Shown here: positions 9,791-18,879 of the stretch, in pieces
Layout: the number at the start of each line of letters is the position of its first letter
Numbering within the stretch: the first letter of the stretch is position 1
Source of the DNA: Synechococcus sp.
GTDB taxonomy: Bacteria; Cyanobacteriota; Cyanobacteriia; PCC-6307; Cyanobiaceae
Reading direction: 5' to 3'
DNA length: 64,000 nt
NCBI GenBank assembly: GCA_047285535.1
Contig: JBJBDC010000001.1
Span: 1,120,136-1,184,135, forward strand
Made by a program: the position numbers and the translations under genes
The notes under the pieces: model-generated
What the model was told of the DNA's origin: nothing
Database searches by the model: none
What the model saw: the letters and a program-made list of their open reading frames with translations, nothing else

Positions 9791-10630
9791 TTAAGACTGA
9801 ATCCAGAGTCGATGGCCATCCGGATCGCTTCGAAGTCGTCCTTCACCAGCACCTGGTGCATGCACGAGAATCTGAGCGTAGAGCGCATTCTGCGGCAGCA
9901 GAGAGGCTGCCGAGGGTTGTAGTGGCTTCGGCTGGAGATAACGCAGAAACTCCACGCCACAGGGAGATGAACCACGCAATCCATGAATCGCCACCTGCGC
10001 GTTCGTCAGAGCATCGAGACGCTCCTGCTCAACACCTTTGTTGAGTGTGGCGTAGCGCAGTTGCAAGCCGAGCTCCACGCCATAGAACTGCAAACTGGAA
10101 TCACTGTCGCTAACAGCGATTGCAGTGTGGTCAATGCCCTGGAATAGAGGTGCATCAGGCTGCTGCCAGCGGGAATCGCCTTGATCGGCAGGAAACCATA
10201 GAAGTTCCATGGCATGACCAGCAGCATTGCGAAACTTCCATGCAGCCACACCGTTAGGTAACCACTGCGGAGATTCGGAGATCGCTGAGACAAGGGGGAT
10301 TAACTGCTCTACCGCGCGATGCATGTCGCTGACAACAATCGCCACGTGCTGGAACCAGAGGGTATTGGACGGACCAGGGTCAGTATCGATACGCGAATCG
10401 GCGCCCTCAAAGGTCACATAGTCGAGACGTTCCTTGCCCAACCGGTGATGTCGAACCACAGCTCTGCCCTCACTGAGCCCAAAACGTCGGTGGAGGGCTT
10501 CTCCCTGAACGACTGACTGCCCTTCATCAACAACGCCAAGAACTTCCAACAATGGATCAACACTTCCGGGCCTTGGCAAACTGAATGCCACCCCTTCAAC
10601 AGATAGGTCCTGGTAATACCTATCAACCAT
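9791..10630 (-). CDS. VOC/glyoxalase superfamily protein (tandem domains)
   Basis: Repeated VOC motifs WFQHVAIVVSDM, FRNAAGHAMEL, GIDHTAIAVSD...SLQFY and SDPDGHRL. Confidence 0.8.
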   Translation of the reverse strand: MVDRYYQDLSVEGVAFSLPRPGSVDPLLEVLGVVDEGQSVVQGEALHRRFGLSEGRAVVRHHRLGKERLDYVTFEGADSRIDTDPGPSNTLWFQHVAIVVSDMHRAVEQLIPLVSAISESPQWLPNGVAAWKFRNAAGHAMELLWFPADQGDSRWQQPDAPLFQGIDHTAIAVSDSDSSLQFYGVELGLQLRYATLNKGVEQERLDALTNAQVAIHGLRGSSPCGVEFLRYLQPKPLQPSAASLLPQNALYAQILVHAPGAGEGRLRSDPDGHRLWIQS

Positions 10631-10733
10631 GGTGATGTGACCAGAACTGACTTTGTCTTAGCGCCGTTTACGCACGAAGCACTGCCGTGTTCAGTAAAAC
10701 TCGCTATTGAATGTCTGTTCTGTCCAGACTCCC

Positions 10734-11534
10734 ATGACCACTCAGGTTCCCAAGGCAATGAACTCTCTTTGTCTTCGAGATAAAGTAGTCATTGTGACCG
10801 GCGGCAATTCCGGTATTGGTAAAGCAATCGTAGAAGCTGTAGGCGCTCTAGGAGCAAAAGTGGTTATCGACTACCGCTCCCATCCCGATCGTACAGAGGC
10901 ACTGCTCGAGGAGATCGGTGAGCTAGGAGGCCAGGCCATCGGAGTCCAAGCTGATGTTTCCAAACTCGAGGACCTTCAGTACCTCATTGAAACCGCAGTG
11001 AAGACCTTCGGCAGGGTAGACGTCATGGTGAACAACGCCGGTATCGAAACCCGCACCTCCATCCTCAACACCACCCCTGAGGATTTCGACCAGGTGATGA
11101 ACGTCAATCTGCGCGGTGTTTTCTTCGCCACCCAGTACGCTGCGAAACAGATGATCGCCCAAGGAAGCGGTGGACGGATCATCAACATTTCCTCGGTTCA
11201 CGAGGATTGGCCGATGCCCGACAACACGCCTTACTGCGTAGCCAAGGGCGGTGTGCGCATGCTTACCCGCACCGCCGGCGTTGAATTGGCCAGCAAAGGC
11301 GTATCCATTGTGAACCTGGGCCCAGGCGCAGTGGCTACGCCGATCAACGACTCCACGATGAACAACCCTGAGCTGCTTGCCAAGCTGAATGCCGCCATTC
11401 CCATGGGGCGAATGGCTGATCCGAAGGAAATCGCCTCTGTGGTGGCGTTCCTCGCCAGCGACGGTTCCAGTTACATGACAGCCACCAGCGTGTTCGCTGA
11501 CGGCGGCATCATGATGAGCAGTCCCGGACTCTGA
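10734..11534 (+). CDS. SDR oxidoreductase, glucose 1-dehydrogenase-like
   Basis: TGGNSGIG, NNAG, ISSVHE, YCVAK (YxxxK) and GPGAVATPIN. The SSVHE and GPGA.xTPIN motifs match Bacillus-type Gdh. Confidence 0.85.
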   Translation: MTTQVPKAMNSLCLRDKVVIVTGGNSGIGKAIVEAVGALGAKVVIDYRSHPDRTEALLEEIGELGGQAIGVQADVSKLEDLQYLIETAVKTFGRVDVMVNNAGIETRTSILNTTPEDFDQVMNVNLRGVFFATQYAAKQMIAQGSGGRIINISSVHEDWPMPDNTPYCVAKGGVRMLTRTAGVELASKGVSIVNLGPGAVATPINDSTMNNPELLAKLNAAIPMGRMADPKEIASVVAFLASDGSSYMTATSVFADGGIMMSSPGL

Positions 11535-11949
11535 GCTCAAAAGCCTCGAATCCTGCACGGGCGATCGCGAGATCTTGATCAGGCGTCATCCCTGACACGC
11601 CGATCGCCCCCATTACCTCTCCCTGGAAGCGAAATACCAGTCCACCTGCCATCAAGGCACAGGGCTGATGAAGAACACCCTGAAGAGACAGTAAAGCGGT
11701 GCGACCAGCTGCAATCGACTGTTCAACGAAGACGCTATCCGATCCAGTCAGGGCCGCTGTGCGTGCCTTTGCCGCTGAAGCCTCCACACTCGCAACTGAA
11801 GCACCATCAAGCCGGCGAAACGTGATCAATATCCCAGCGGCATCCACTAGAGCGATCGACACGCGTGCTGACATCTGCTGAGCCATGACCATGGCCGCAT
11901 CAACAATGAGATCCGCATCGGCAAGATCCAAGCAGCGAATCATATGCAT
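11509..11949 (-). CDS. GlcG/HbpS family heme-binding protein
   Basis: Motifs VSIALVDAAG, RLDGA...AAKARTAA and GGLV...GAIGVSG. Confidence 0.85.
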   Translation of the reverse strand: MHMIRCLDLADADLIVDAAMVMAQQMSARVSIALVDAAGILITFRRLDGASVASVEASAAKARTAALTGSDSVFVEQSIAAGRTALLSLQGVLHQPCALMAGGLVFRFQGEVMGAIGVSGMTPDQDLAIARAGFEAFELRVRDCSS

Positions 11950-11953
11950 TGAT

Positions 11954-12214
11954 TCAGGTCCACTGAATGGCCATTTTCCATAGGTGTCCATCCAGCTCTA
12001 CCCCAGCGGCTAGGGCTTCCATTGCCTCAAGCGGAAGCCGAAGGGTCGCTGATGCCTGGTGAATCATGATGTCAACGCCTGTGAACTGAAATCCCATTTC
12101 AGCCCCCATGGTGGCGATTTCATTCAGACAGCTGGCAGTGTGTAAACGCTTCAGAAGTGCTGAATCATTCTTCACCAGGCGGAGGAATGCTTCCAGTTGG
12201 GGATTGCTGCTCAT
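11954..12214 (-). CDS. Nif11-like leader peptide family protein (86 aa)
   Basis: QLEAFLRLVKNDSALLKRL...EIATMGAEMGFQFT...HQA...EAMEALAAG parallels Nif11/ProcA-type leaders. Start taken at MSSNPQ inside the longer 165 aa ORF. Confidence 0.8.
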   Translation of the reverse strand: MSSNPQLEAFLRLVKNDSALLKRLHTASCLNEIATMGAEMGFQFTGVDIMIHQASATLRLPLEAMEALAAGVELDGHLWKMAIQWT

Positions 12215-12239
12215 GGATTCAAATGTTGATGTTGGTTGA

Positions 12240-13187
12240 TCAAGGCAGGGAAGCGTGTTGCAGGCCCCGAGTATTGACATGAATGGAATACAAGGTGTCC
12301 CAACTGCACAAAAACAGCCGATTACCGTGCACCCCACCAAAACAGAGATTGCCGACCAGACGCGGTGTGACAATCCGTCCAAGCAAGGTGCCATCCGGAG
12401 CAATGCAATGGACTCCATTTCCGGCACTGCTCCAGACATTGCCGACCTCATCTACACGAATTCCATCAGCGTTTCCAATGTTGACTCGGTAAAAATCACG
12501 GCGACCAGTGAGCCGAGCCCCGCCGTCCTCAACGTCGAACAGATGAATCAGACGATCCGCTTTCGGATCATCGGGGGCTCCTGTATCGACGACATAAAGC
12601 ATCGACTCATCAGGGGAGAAAGCAAGCCCATTGGGGCCCTTCACCACATCTGGGGAAGTCATCGCATGGAGAGAGCCATCCGCCGGATCAAAGCGGTAAA
12701 TCACTGCCGACTGGAAGGAATGTCGACGGCCACCTTCGAAATCATTGACCAGTCCATATAGAGGATCACTGAACCAAATAGTGCCGTCACTCTTGACTAC
12801 AACATCATTGGGGGTATTCAACGGCTGACCCAGATGTGAGTCCACCAAAGAGACAACCAAGCCATTATGTTCAGTGCGCAGCAGTGCACGGTGACCATGA
12901 CTACAAGTCAGTAGGCGACCGTGACGGTCTCTAGTTTGCCCATTTGGGAAACCTGCAGAATGTCGAAAGACACTTAGGCCATGACTCTCATCCCAGGACA
13001 GAATTCGGTCATTGGGAATATCAGATACCAACAGTCGCTGCTGATCGCCGAACCAAACCGGTCCCTCCAGCCAACGGCAACCGTCGAAGAGTCTCTCCAA
13101 CTGTGCGTTAAAAAGCAGCAGTGAGTGGAAACGGGAATCGACAACCTCAATTTTAGTGTCGACAAATTCACTACGGAAAGCCTGCAT
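12240..13187 (-). CDS. SMP-30/gluconolactonase family protein
   Basis: Motifs WLEGPVW, SDIPNDR, NTPNDVVV, GPNGLAFSPD and ADGIRVD. Confidence 0.92.
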   Translation of the reverse strand: MQAFRSEFVDTKIEVVDSRFHSLLLFNAQLERLFDGCRWLEGPVWFGDQQRLLVSDIPNDRILSWDESHGLSVFRHSAGFPNGQTRDRHGRLLTCSHGHRALLRTEHNGLVVSLVDSHLGQPLNTPNDVVVKSDGTIWFSDPLYGLVNDFEGGRRHSFQSAVIYRFDPADGSLHAMTSPDVVKGPNGLAFSPDESMLYVVDTGAPDDPKADRLIHLFDVEDGGARLTGRRDFYRVNIGNADGIRVDEVGNVWSSAGNGVHCIAPDGTLLGRIVTPRLVGNLCFGGVHGNRLFLCSWDTLYSIHVNTRGLQHASLP

Positions 13188-13198
13188 CTTTCGTCGTC

Positions 13199-13654
13199 TC
13201 AGCTGAACGAGCCAGGAGGCAGATTCCTCCAGGCATCATCATTCCGCTGAATAATTAGTTGCATGCAAGGTTCATCACCAACCTGTTCCGAAAGATGACC
13301 AATGCGACCATCAGTCGTCATGATGCAGCCCTGATCGCCCCCATAGGAATATTCACCAGCTTTCATGACCACCCGCTCACCGTCCATGCTGGTTACAGCC
13401 CAGGCGCCACGCAGAATATAAATCCATTTGGGCTCTGGGTTCTCATGCCAATCAGCAGTCCAACCCACAGGAAGATAAGTCACGAAGGCATTGCCGTTTT
13501 TGATCAGATCGCGAGAAAACTGAGGTGAATTCCTCGGTCCGAGACGCCCAATTGTGAACTCACTGATCGTGCAGAGCTGATGACGACTTATTCCATCGGA
13601 ATCCGTCCACAGATGCCAATAGTTCTCAGCTGCTGGGGCCTGAGGTTCACTCAT
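13199..13654 (-). CDS. Cupin domain protein
   Basis: Motifs WHENPEPKWIYILRG, MKAGEYSYGGDQ and GHLS. Confidence 0.8.
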   Translation of the reverse strand: MSEPQAPAAENYWHLWTDSDGISRHQLCTISEFTIGRLGPRNSPQFSRDLIKNGNAFVTYLPVGWTADWHENPEPKWIYILRGAWAVTSMDGERVVMKAGEYSYGGDQGCIMTTDGRIGHLSEQVGDEPCMQLIIQRNDDAWRNLPPGSFS

Positions 13655-13683
13655 TGTGTAGGAATCGCCACTCTGAACCCTAT

Positions 13684-14796
13684 TCAGTCCCCGGCGGACT
13701 GCCCAGTCAATTCAACACACCATGCCAGTGTTTCGCCTGCATGGAAGAGCACAGGCCACTCGCTATCAGAAAGCGCATCATGCCCTGTCCGTGCTGATGG
13801 AGGTGGCACCAAGCGTGAAGGCACTAGCTGATCACGACGAACCAGTGTGATGGTGTCAGTATTGAGAGGTAATCCGTAAAAGCGAGGGCCGTGCTCACTT
13901 GCAAAGGCTTCGAGATGATCTAGAGCTCCCTCCTGTTCAAATACAACTGCATAACTCTCCAGCGCGTGGAGGGCGTTGAAGATACCGGCACACCCACAGG
14001 CTGACTCCTTGCCAGACCGCGGATGAGGCGCGGAATCAGTACCTAGGAAGAAGCAGGACAGGCCACTGGTGGCAGCCTTGACCAAGGCCCTTCGATGGCA
14101 TTCCCGCTTCACAACAGGAAGACAATAGAAATCACTACGCAGGCCGCCGGCAAACATTGCATTGCGATTGAGGTGGAGATGGTGAGGAGTAATCGTGGCG
14201 GCAAGACGAGCATCCCCAGCCTGATGAGCCTCACGGATGTAGGTCGCCGCTTCCTCCGTAGTGATGTGCTCAAGCACGATGCGTAACCGAGGGAAACGCT
14301 GGCGCAGAGGTTTCAACTGCCTTTCAATGAAAAGGGCTTCCCGATCGAAAACATCAACGTCAGGGTCTGTGACTTCACCATGGATCAACAGGGGCATATC
14401 AATAGCCTCCATCCGGGTCAGCACAGCCGAGATCTTGGAAAGATCGCTGACACCAGCAGCTGAATTGGTGGTCGCATTAGCGGGATAAAGCTTCGCTGCT
14501 ACAAAAACACCCTCAACAAAACCTCGTTCCAGTTCGTCTGGATCAAAGTCATCCGTCAAGTAGGCAGTCATCAAAGGTGTAAATCCAATGCCTTCAGGAA
14601 GCAGGGCCTTAATCCGCCGGCGATAGCCAAGAGCAGCTTCAATAGTGGTGATGGGGGGTCGGAGATTAGGCATCACCACAGCCCTTGAAAAAACCCTGGC
14701 CGTTGAAGACAGAACCGCCTCCAACATCGCCCCATCACGCAGATGGACATGCCAGTCATCCGGTCGACGCAAGACAAGCCGATTTAAAGGTTTCAT
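13684..14796 (-). CDS. pyrC: Dihydroorotase
   Basis: Motifs PDDWHVHLRDG, KLYPANATTNS, LEHITT and FLGTDSAPH. Confidence 0.97.
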   Translation of the reverse strand: MKPLNRLVLRRPDDWHVHLRDGAMLEAVLSSTARVFSRAVVMPNLRPPITTIEAALGYRRRIKALLPEGIGFTPLMTAYLTDDFDPDELERGFVEGVFVAAKLYPANATTNSAAGVSDLSKISAVLTRMEAIDMPLLIHGEVTDPDVDVFDREALFIERQLKPLRQRFPRLRIVLEHITTEEAATYIREAHQAGDARLAATITPHHLHLNRNAMFAGGLRSDFYCLPVVKRECHRRALVKAATSGLSCFFLGTDSAPHPRSGKESACGCAGIFNALHALESYAVVFEQEGALDHLEAFASEHGPRFYGLPLNTDTITLVRRDQLVPSRLVPPPSARTGHDALSDSEWPVLFHAGETLAWCVELTGQSAGD

Positions 14797-16473
14797 CTAG
14801 ACAGAGCTCTTGTGAATCTGAGGCAAGTGATTCACAGCCTGCAAAAGCACCTCATAGCGTTTCTCGCTGACATGAGTCTTTGGAAGAAGATCAAGCAACT
14901 TGAGTTTCTCCAAGCGCTTGCGAGTGGCTCCTGGGAGAACCACCAAATAAACAGAACGACCCACTTCAATTGCTTCCTTAATTGCATTTTCAAGAGCAAG
15001 TGATGCCGTAACGCCGAGGTGAGAAACCTCACTGAGATCAAACAACACAGCCTCACATTCTTCGATAGCGTTATGCTCTCGATTGATAGTTTTGGCCACA
15101 CCAAAAATCATTGGCCCAGTGAGCTGAAAGAGCAACAGCCGACCTGAAGCCCTATCCATTAATTCTTGCTCGTCTGGAGGAAGAGTTACATCATCATCAG
15201 TTGTGCTTATGGTTTTTACCCCCTTTGACTGAAGAGACGTCATCCGTTCAATCGTCAGCACGTTTGCGACAAAGACCCCAATAAATACAGCCCAAATCAG
15301 ATCAACAAGAACGGTAAGACCAATCACTCCATAAGTAATACATGCCGCCTTAATCGACAGATGATGCGCCCGACTTAGGAAACTCCAGTCAATGATGTCA
15401 AAGCCAACCTTAAGTGCAATCCCGGCAAGTACGGCCAGAGGAATTAGTGAAGCCAAAGGGGCTGCCACCAAAATAACAAGCATCAGAATCAATGCTCTAA
15501 TAATTCCGGAGAGTGCGGAACGGCCACCCGCCTGAATATTGACAACCGTTCCCATCGTCGCTCCAGCTCCAGGCAATCCACCGAACAAACCGGAGACCAA
15601 ATTACCAAGTCCCTGACCAATTAATTCTTTATTCGAATTATGTTCCGTGCGCGTTAGACTATCAGCCACCACAGAAGTAAGAAGGGCATCAATACAACCA
15701 AGCATGCCCAATACGGCTCCATTTACAACCATTAACCGCAACAAATCTGGGGTTATCCCTGCAAATGAAGGAGGCTGAAAATTGGGAAAGTCCGCTGAGA
15801 ATTCAGGAATACGGCTTAATTCAATATTCGAAAACAGGGTCAGGGAAAGACCTGTCCCAACAACCAGAGCGAGCAACTGAGGGGGGCAAAAACGCTTCCA
15901 GGCTTCAGGTGTGAACCAAAGAATCAACAACGTGATGAGCGAAAGCAAGAGCTCGAGCGGCCTTACATCTTCAATCAACTGGGGAAGACTGGAAAGAGTG
16001 CCAATCACTCCACCAGGGGGACTGCTCTGCCCCAAAAAAGGAGCCAGCTGAAGGATCACCAAAATCACACCAATTCCAGACATAAAGCCTGAAATCACGG
16101 TGTAAGGCATCATCGTGATGTATCGGCCCAAGCGACAAAGACCAAACAGAATCTGAAAAAGACCGGCAAGCATCACAACCATGAAGGCCAGAGCCAAAGC
16201 CGTACCTCGATCTGGGATTTGGCTGGTGAAGTTGAGGATGACTGCAGTGAACACAACAGTCATAGGACCAGTGGGTTCAGAGATGAGCGTGGACGTGCCG
16301 CCAAATAGAGCCGCCACCATCCCAATGATCACAGCGCCCCATAGGCCAGCAGCAGCACCTGCACCAGAAGCCACTCCAAAAGCCAACGCCATCGGAAGGG
16401 CAACCACAGCGGCTGTAAGCCCACCAAAAGCATCACCTCGGAGGTTGCGGGTGCTGATGTAATTCAGAAACAC
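14797..16473 (-). CDS. bicA: SulP/SLC26 anion transporter with STAS domain (BicA-like bicarbonate transporter)
   Basis: GGLTAAVVALPMALAFGVASG, ISEPTGPMT, GAGATMGT and a C-terminal STAS domain (GPMIFG). Substrate is inferred from family membership only. Confidence 0.8.
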   Translation of the reverse strand: MFLNYISTRNLRGDAFGGLTAAVVALPMALAFGVASGAGAAAGLWGAVIIGMVAALFGGTSTLISEPTGPMTVVFTAVILNFTSQIPDRGTALALAFMVVMLAGLFQILFGLCRLGRYITMMPYTVISGFMSGIGVILVILQLAPFLGQSSPPGGVIGTLSSLPQLIEDVRPLELLLSLITLLILWFTPEAWKRFCPPQLLALVVGTGLSLTLFSNIELSRIPEFSADFPNFQPPSFAGITPDLLRLMVVNGAVLGMLGCIDALLTSVVADSLTRTEHNSNKELIGQGLGNLVSGLFGGLPGAGATMGTVVNIQAGGRSALSGIIRALILMLVILVAAPLASLIPLAVLAGIALKVGFDIIDWSFLSRAHHLSIKAACITYGVIGLTVLVDLIWAVFIGVFVANVLTIERMTSLQSKGVKTISTTDDDVTLPPDEQELMDRASGRLLLFQLTGPMIFGVAKTINREHNAIEECEAVLFDLSEVSHLGVTASLALENAIKEAIEVGRSVYLVVLPGATRKRLEKLKLLDLLPKTHVSEKRYEVLLQAVNHLPQIHKSSV

Positions 16474-16570
16474 CAGAGTCTCGTCTTTGAATTTGGGTGA
16501 TGCTAAGACCCTTCCGCTTTGCGTTCGTTGAGACCGACAAGGAAAATAGGTCTAAACAAGTAAGCAGTCG

Positions 16571-17674
16571 ATGCCTGACTTTCTGATCTCTGCCCTCGAA
16601 CTGCTGGTCGGAATCGGACTCCTATTCGGCGGCGGTGAATTATTTGTTCAGGGTGCGGTCATCCTCGCCGTCATCCTCGGAGTGCCGCAGCTGGTCATTG
16701 GCCTAACGGTGGTTTCACTTGGTACCAGTGCTCCTGAATTCTTCGTCAGCATCGGTTCGGTCCTTCATGGGGCAGATGCTCTGGCTGTCAGCAACGTGGT
16801 TGGCAGCAACATTTTCAATGTTTTGGTCGTCCTTGGTTGCAGCGCCCTCGTCCTGCCACTGCGGGTGGAAAGCCGTTTGGTGAGAAGGGATGTTCCCCTT
16901 CTCCTAGCCGTGTCTGCGGCTGCATGGGGCATGGCATCAGCGGGACGAGTCACCTGGCAATCAGGGGTCGCTCTTTTGCTGGGTCTTGTTATCAACACTG
17001 TCTGGGAAATCCGGACCGCAAGGGAAGAACCAGAGGAAATGGAGCCTGCAGAGCCAGAGATTGACTTAGGCAGCGCACAACAAGGCTGGCTTAAAGCAAT
17101 GGGCCGCCTTTTGCTCGGCATTGTTGTCCTTGGTTTCGGAGCTCACCTTCTTGTGAAGGGAGCAACCGCCGTTGCCCTGAGTCTCGGAGTCAGTGAGGCC
17201 GTCATCGGGCTCACCATTGTTTCGGCTGGAACCTCCATGCCTGAACTGATTACCTCTTTGGTCGCGGCCTTGCGAGGGAGAACGGATCTCGCCATTGGCA
17301 ATGTTGTAGGCAGTTGTCTTCTGAATCTGCTTCTCGTACTTGCAGGAGGTGCGTTGGCATCAGGAGCACAGGGGCTTCATGTCACGACCGATTTAATCAA
17401 TGACGACATGCCTGTGATGATTTTGACCAGCCTTGCTTGCCTTCCAATCTTCTGGACAAAAGGACGAATTTCTAGACTTGAAGGTGGCTTACTCGTTGGT
17501 TTGTACATTCTGTACATCACTGACAACGTTCTACCCCGCACCGGACTCTCTTCTTGGTCGGATGAATTTCGCCTCATCATGCTTTGTGTTGTCTTACCAG
17601 CCGTTGTCGTGCTGATCGTGGTACAAGCCGCTCGCTATTGGAGACAACTAAAACGCCAAGGTCCTCAAACCTAA
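16571..17674 (+). CDS. Calcium/sodium antiporter (YrbG/CaCA family)
   Basis: Duplicated alpha repeats GLTVVSLGTSAPE...NVVGSNIFN and GLTIVSAGTSMPE...GNVVGS. Confidence 0.92.
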   Translation: MPDFLISALELLVGIGLLFGGGELFVQGAVILAVILGVPQLVIGLTVVSLGTSAPEFFVSIGSVLHGADALAVSNVVGSNIFNVLVVLGCSALVLPLRVESRLVRRDVPLLLAVSAAAWGMASAGRVTWQSGVALLLGLVINTVWEIRTAREEPEEMEPAEPEIDLGSAQQGWLKAMGRLLLGIVVLGFGAHLLVKGATAVALSLGVSEAVIGLTIVSAGTSMPELITSLVAALRGRTDLAIGNVVGSCLLNLLLVLAGGALASGAQGLHVTTDLINDDMPVMILTSLACLPIFWTKGRISRLEGGLLVGLYILYITDNVLPRTGLSSWSDEFRLIMLCVVLPAVVVLIVVQAARYWRQLKRQGPQT

Positions 17675-17761
17675 ACAATGACTTCAGCTTGTATTCCGTG
17701 ATGAAGGGATGACTGCTGAGCAAAAGCTGTTCATCCTGGAAAGGCCTAGATCGGCTTGGCG

Positions 17762-18262
17762 ATGCTTGAGCTGCTTCCCCCGCTCAACGACAAAAATCTT
17801 CCATGGATCGACGTTATCCATCCAATCGTGGTGCATTTCGTGATCGCTATGGCTCTGATCACGGTGGTGTTTGACCTGATTGGAGTTCTCACTCGGAGAC
17901 ACAACCTCTTTGAGGTGAGCTTCTGGAATTTGGTAGTGGCGACCGTTGCCATCTTCGTAGCCATCATCTTCGGACAGATTGAGGCAGGGTTGGCAACTCC
18001 TTATGGAGCATCAAGAGACATTTTGAATTACCACAGCACCCTTGGCTGGTCGCTGGCTGGAGTACTCGGCCTCCTTACAGGTTGGAGATACGTCGTCAGG
18101 CAAAAAGATCCAACTGTTTTGCCATCAGGATTTCTTGTCATTGATTCAATCCTGGCGGTTTTGGTGTTCTGTCAGGTCTATTTAGGAGACAAACTTGTTT
18201 GGGTTTATGGACTCCACACGGTGCCCGTGGTTGAAGCCGTGCGTAGCGGAGCTCTGTCATGA
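17762..18262 (+). CDS. DUF2231 family membrane protein 1
   Basis: HPIVVHFVIA motif, four TM segments and LGDKLVWVYG. Overlaps the next ATG. Confidence 0.85.
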   Translation: MLELLPPLNDKNLPWIDVIHPIVVHFVIAMALITVVFDLIGVLTRRHNLFEVSFWNLVVATVAIFVAIIFGQIEAGLATPYGASRDILNYHSTLGWSLAGVLGLLTGWRYVVRQKDPTVLPSGFLVIDSILAVLVFCQVYLGDKLVWVYGLHTVPVVEAVRSGALS

Positions 18263-18879
18263 TTTTTGGGGTCACCATTCCATCACCGGTGAATGAAATA
18301 GCCGACAAATTAGGAGCAAATGATCTCCCCTACGCAATTCCGATACATCCTAATTTAGTGCATTTAACTATTGGCCTATTTGCTATCGGAATAGCCTTTG
18401 ATTTTGCCGGCGCGTTTTATCCCTTAGAGAAAAGGGTCTTCCGCTTCTTAGCACTTCCAGCAACCCGAAGCGGTTTTCATGATGTCGGCTGGTACAACGT
18501 TCTTGCGTGTAGCGTGATCACCTTTTTCACCGTTGCCGCTGGCTTTTACGAAATGCTCCTTGCAGTTCCATTGCAAGGGATTCGCAGCATCATTGGCCAA
18601 AATGCAATCGACACAATGCTGTGGCATGCGATCGGAGGGGTCGCACTGCTCCTCATCATTGTGGGGATGGCGATCTGGCGAGGATTTCAGCGATTTTTGT
18701 GGCGTAAAGACTACGGGCGTCAGGTGAGTTGGCTTTATCTCGGATGCGGAGCTGTAGTGCTTGTCGCCATGGGCGTACATGGAAGTCTTGGGGCATGGCT
18801 TGCCAGTGAATTTGGCGTTCATATCACTGCAGATCAACTTCTTGCAGCCGGTGCCGATCTCAATGAGGTGTTGCCATGA
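18259..18879 (+). CDS. DUF2231 family membrane protein 2
   Basis: HPNLVHLTIG motif, WHAIGG and LGAWLASEFGVH. ATGA-coupled on both sides. Confidence 0.85.
   Translation: MIFGVTIPSPVNEIADKLGANDLPYAIPIHPNLVHLTIGLFAIGIAFDFAGAFYPLEKRVFRFLALPATRSGFHDVGWYNVLACSVITFFTVAAGFYEMLLAVPLQGIRSIIGQNAIDTMLWHAIGGVALLLIIVGMAIWRGFQRFLWRKDYGRQVSWLYLGCGAVVLVAMGVHGSLGAWLASEFGVHITADQLLAAGADLNEVLP

Noticed and set aside
10923..11558. 211 aa minus-strand ORF
   Set aside because: Antisense shadow of the SDR gene.
12215..12451. Cys-rich N-terminal extension of the Nif11 ORF (165 aa call)
   Set aside because: It overlaps the gluconolactonase gene in another frame; Nif11 similarity starts at the ATG at 12214.
13683..13697. 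TTCAGTCCCCGGCGG resembling the tRNA 3' end, as a possible attR for the sugar cluster
   Set aside because: The match is short and gapped, coincides with the last pyrC codons, and no integrase is present.
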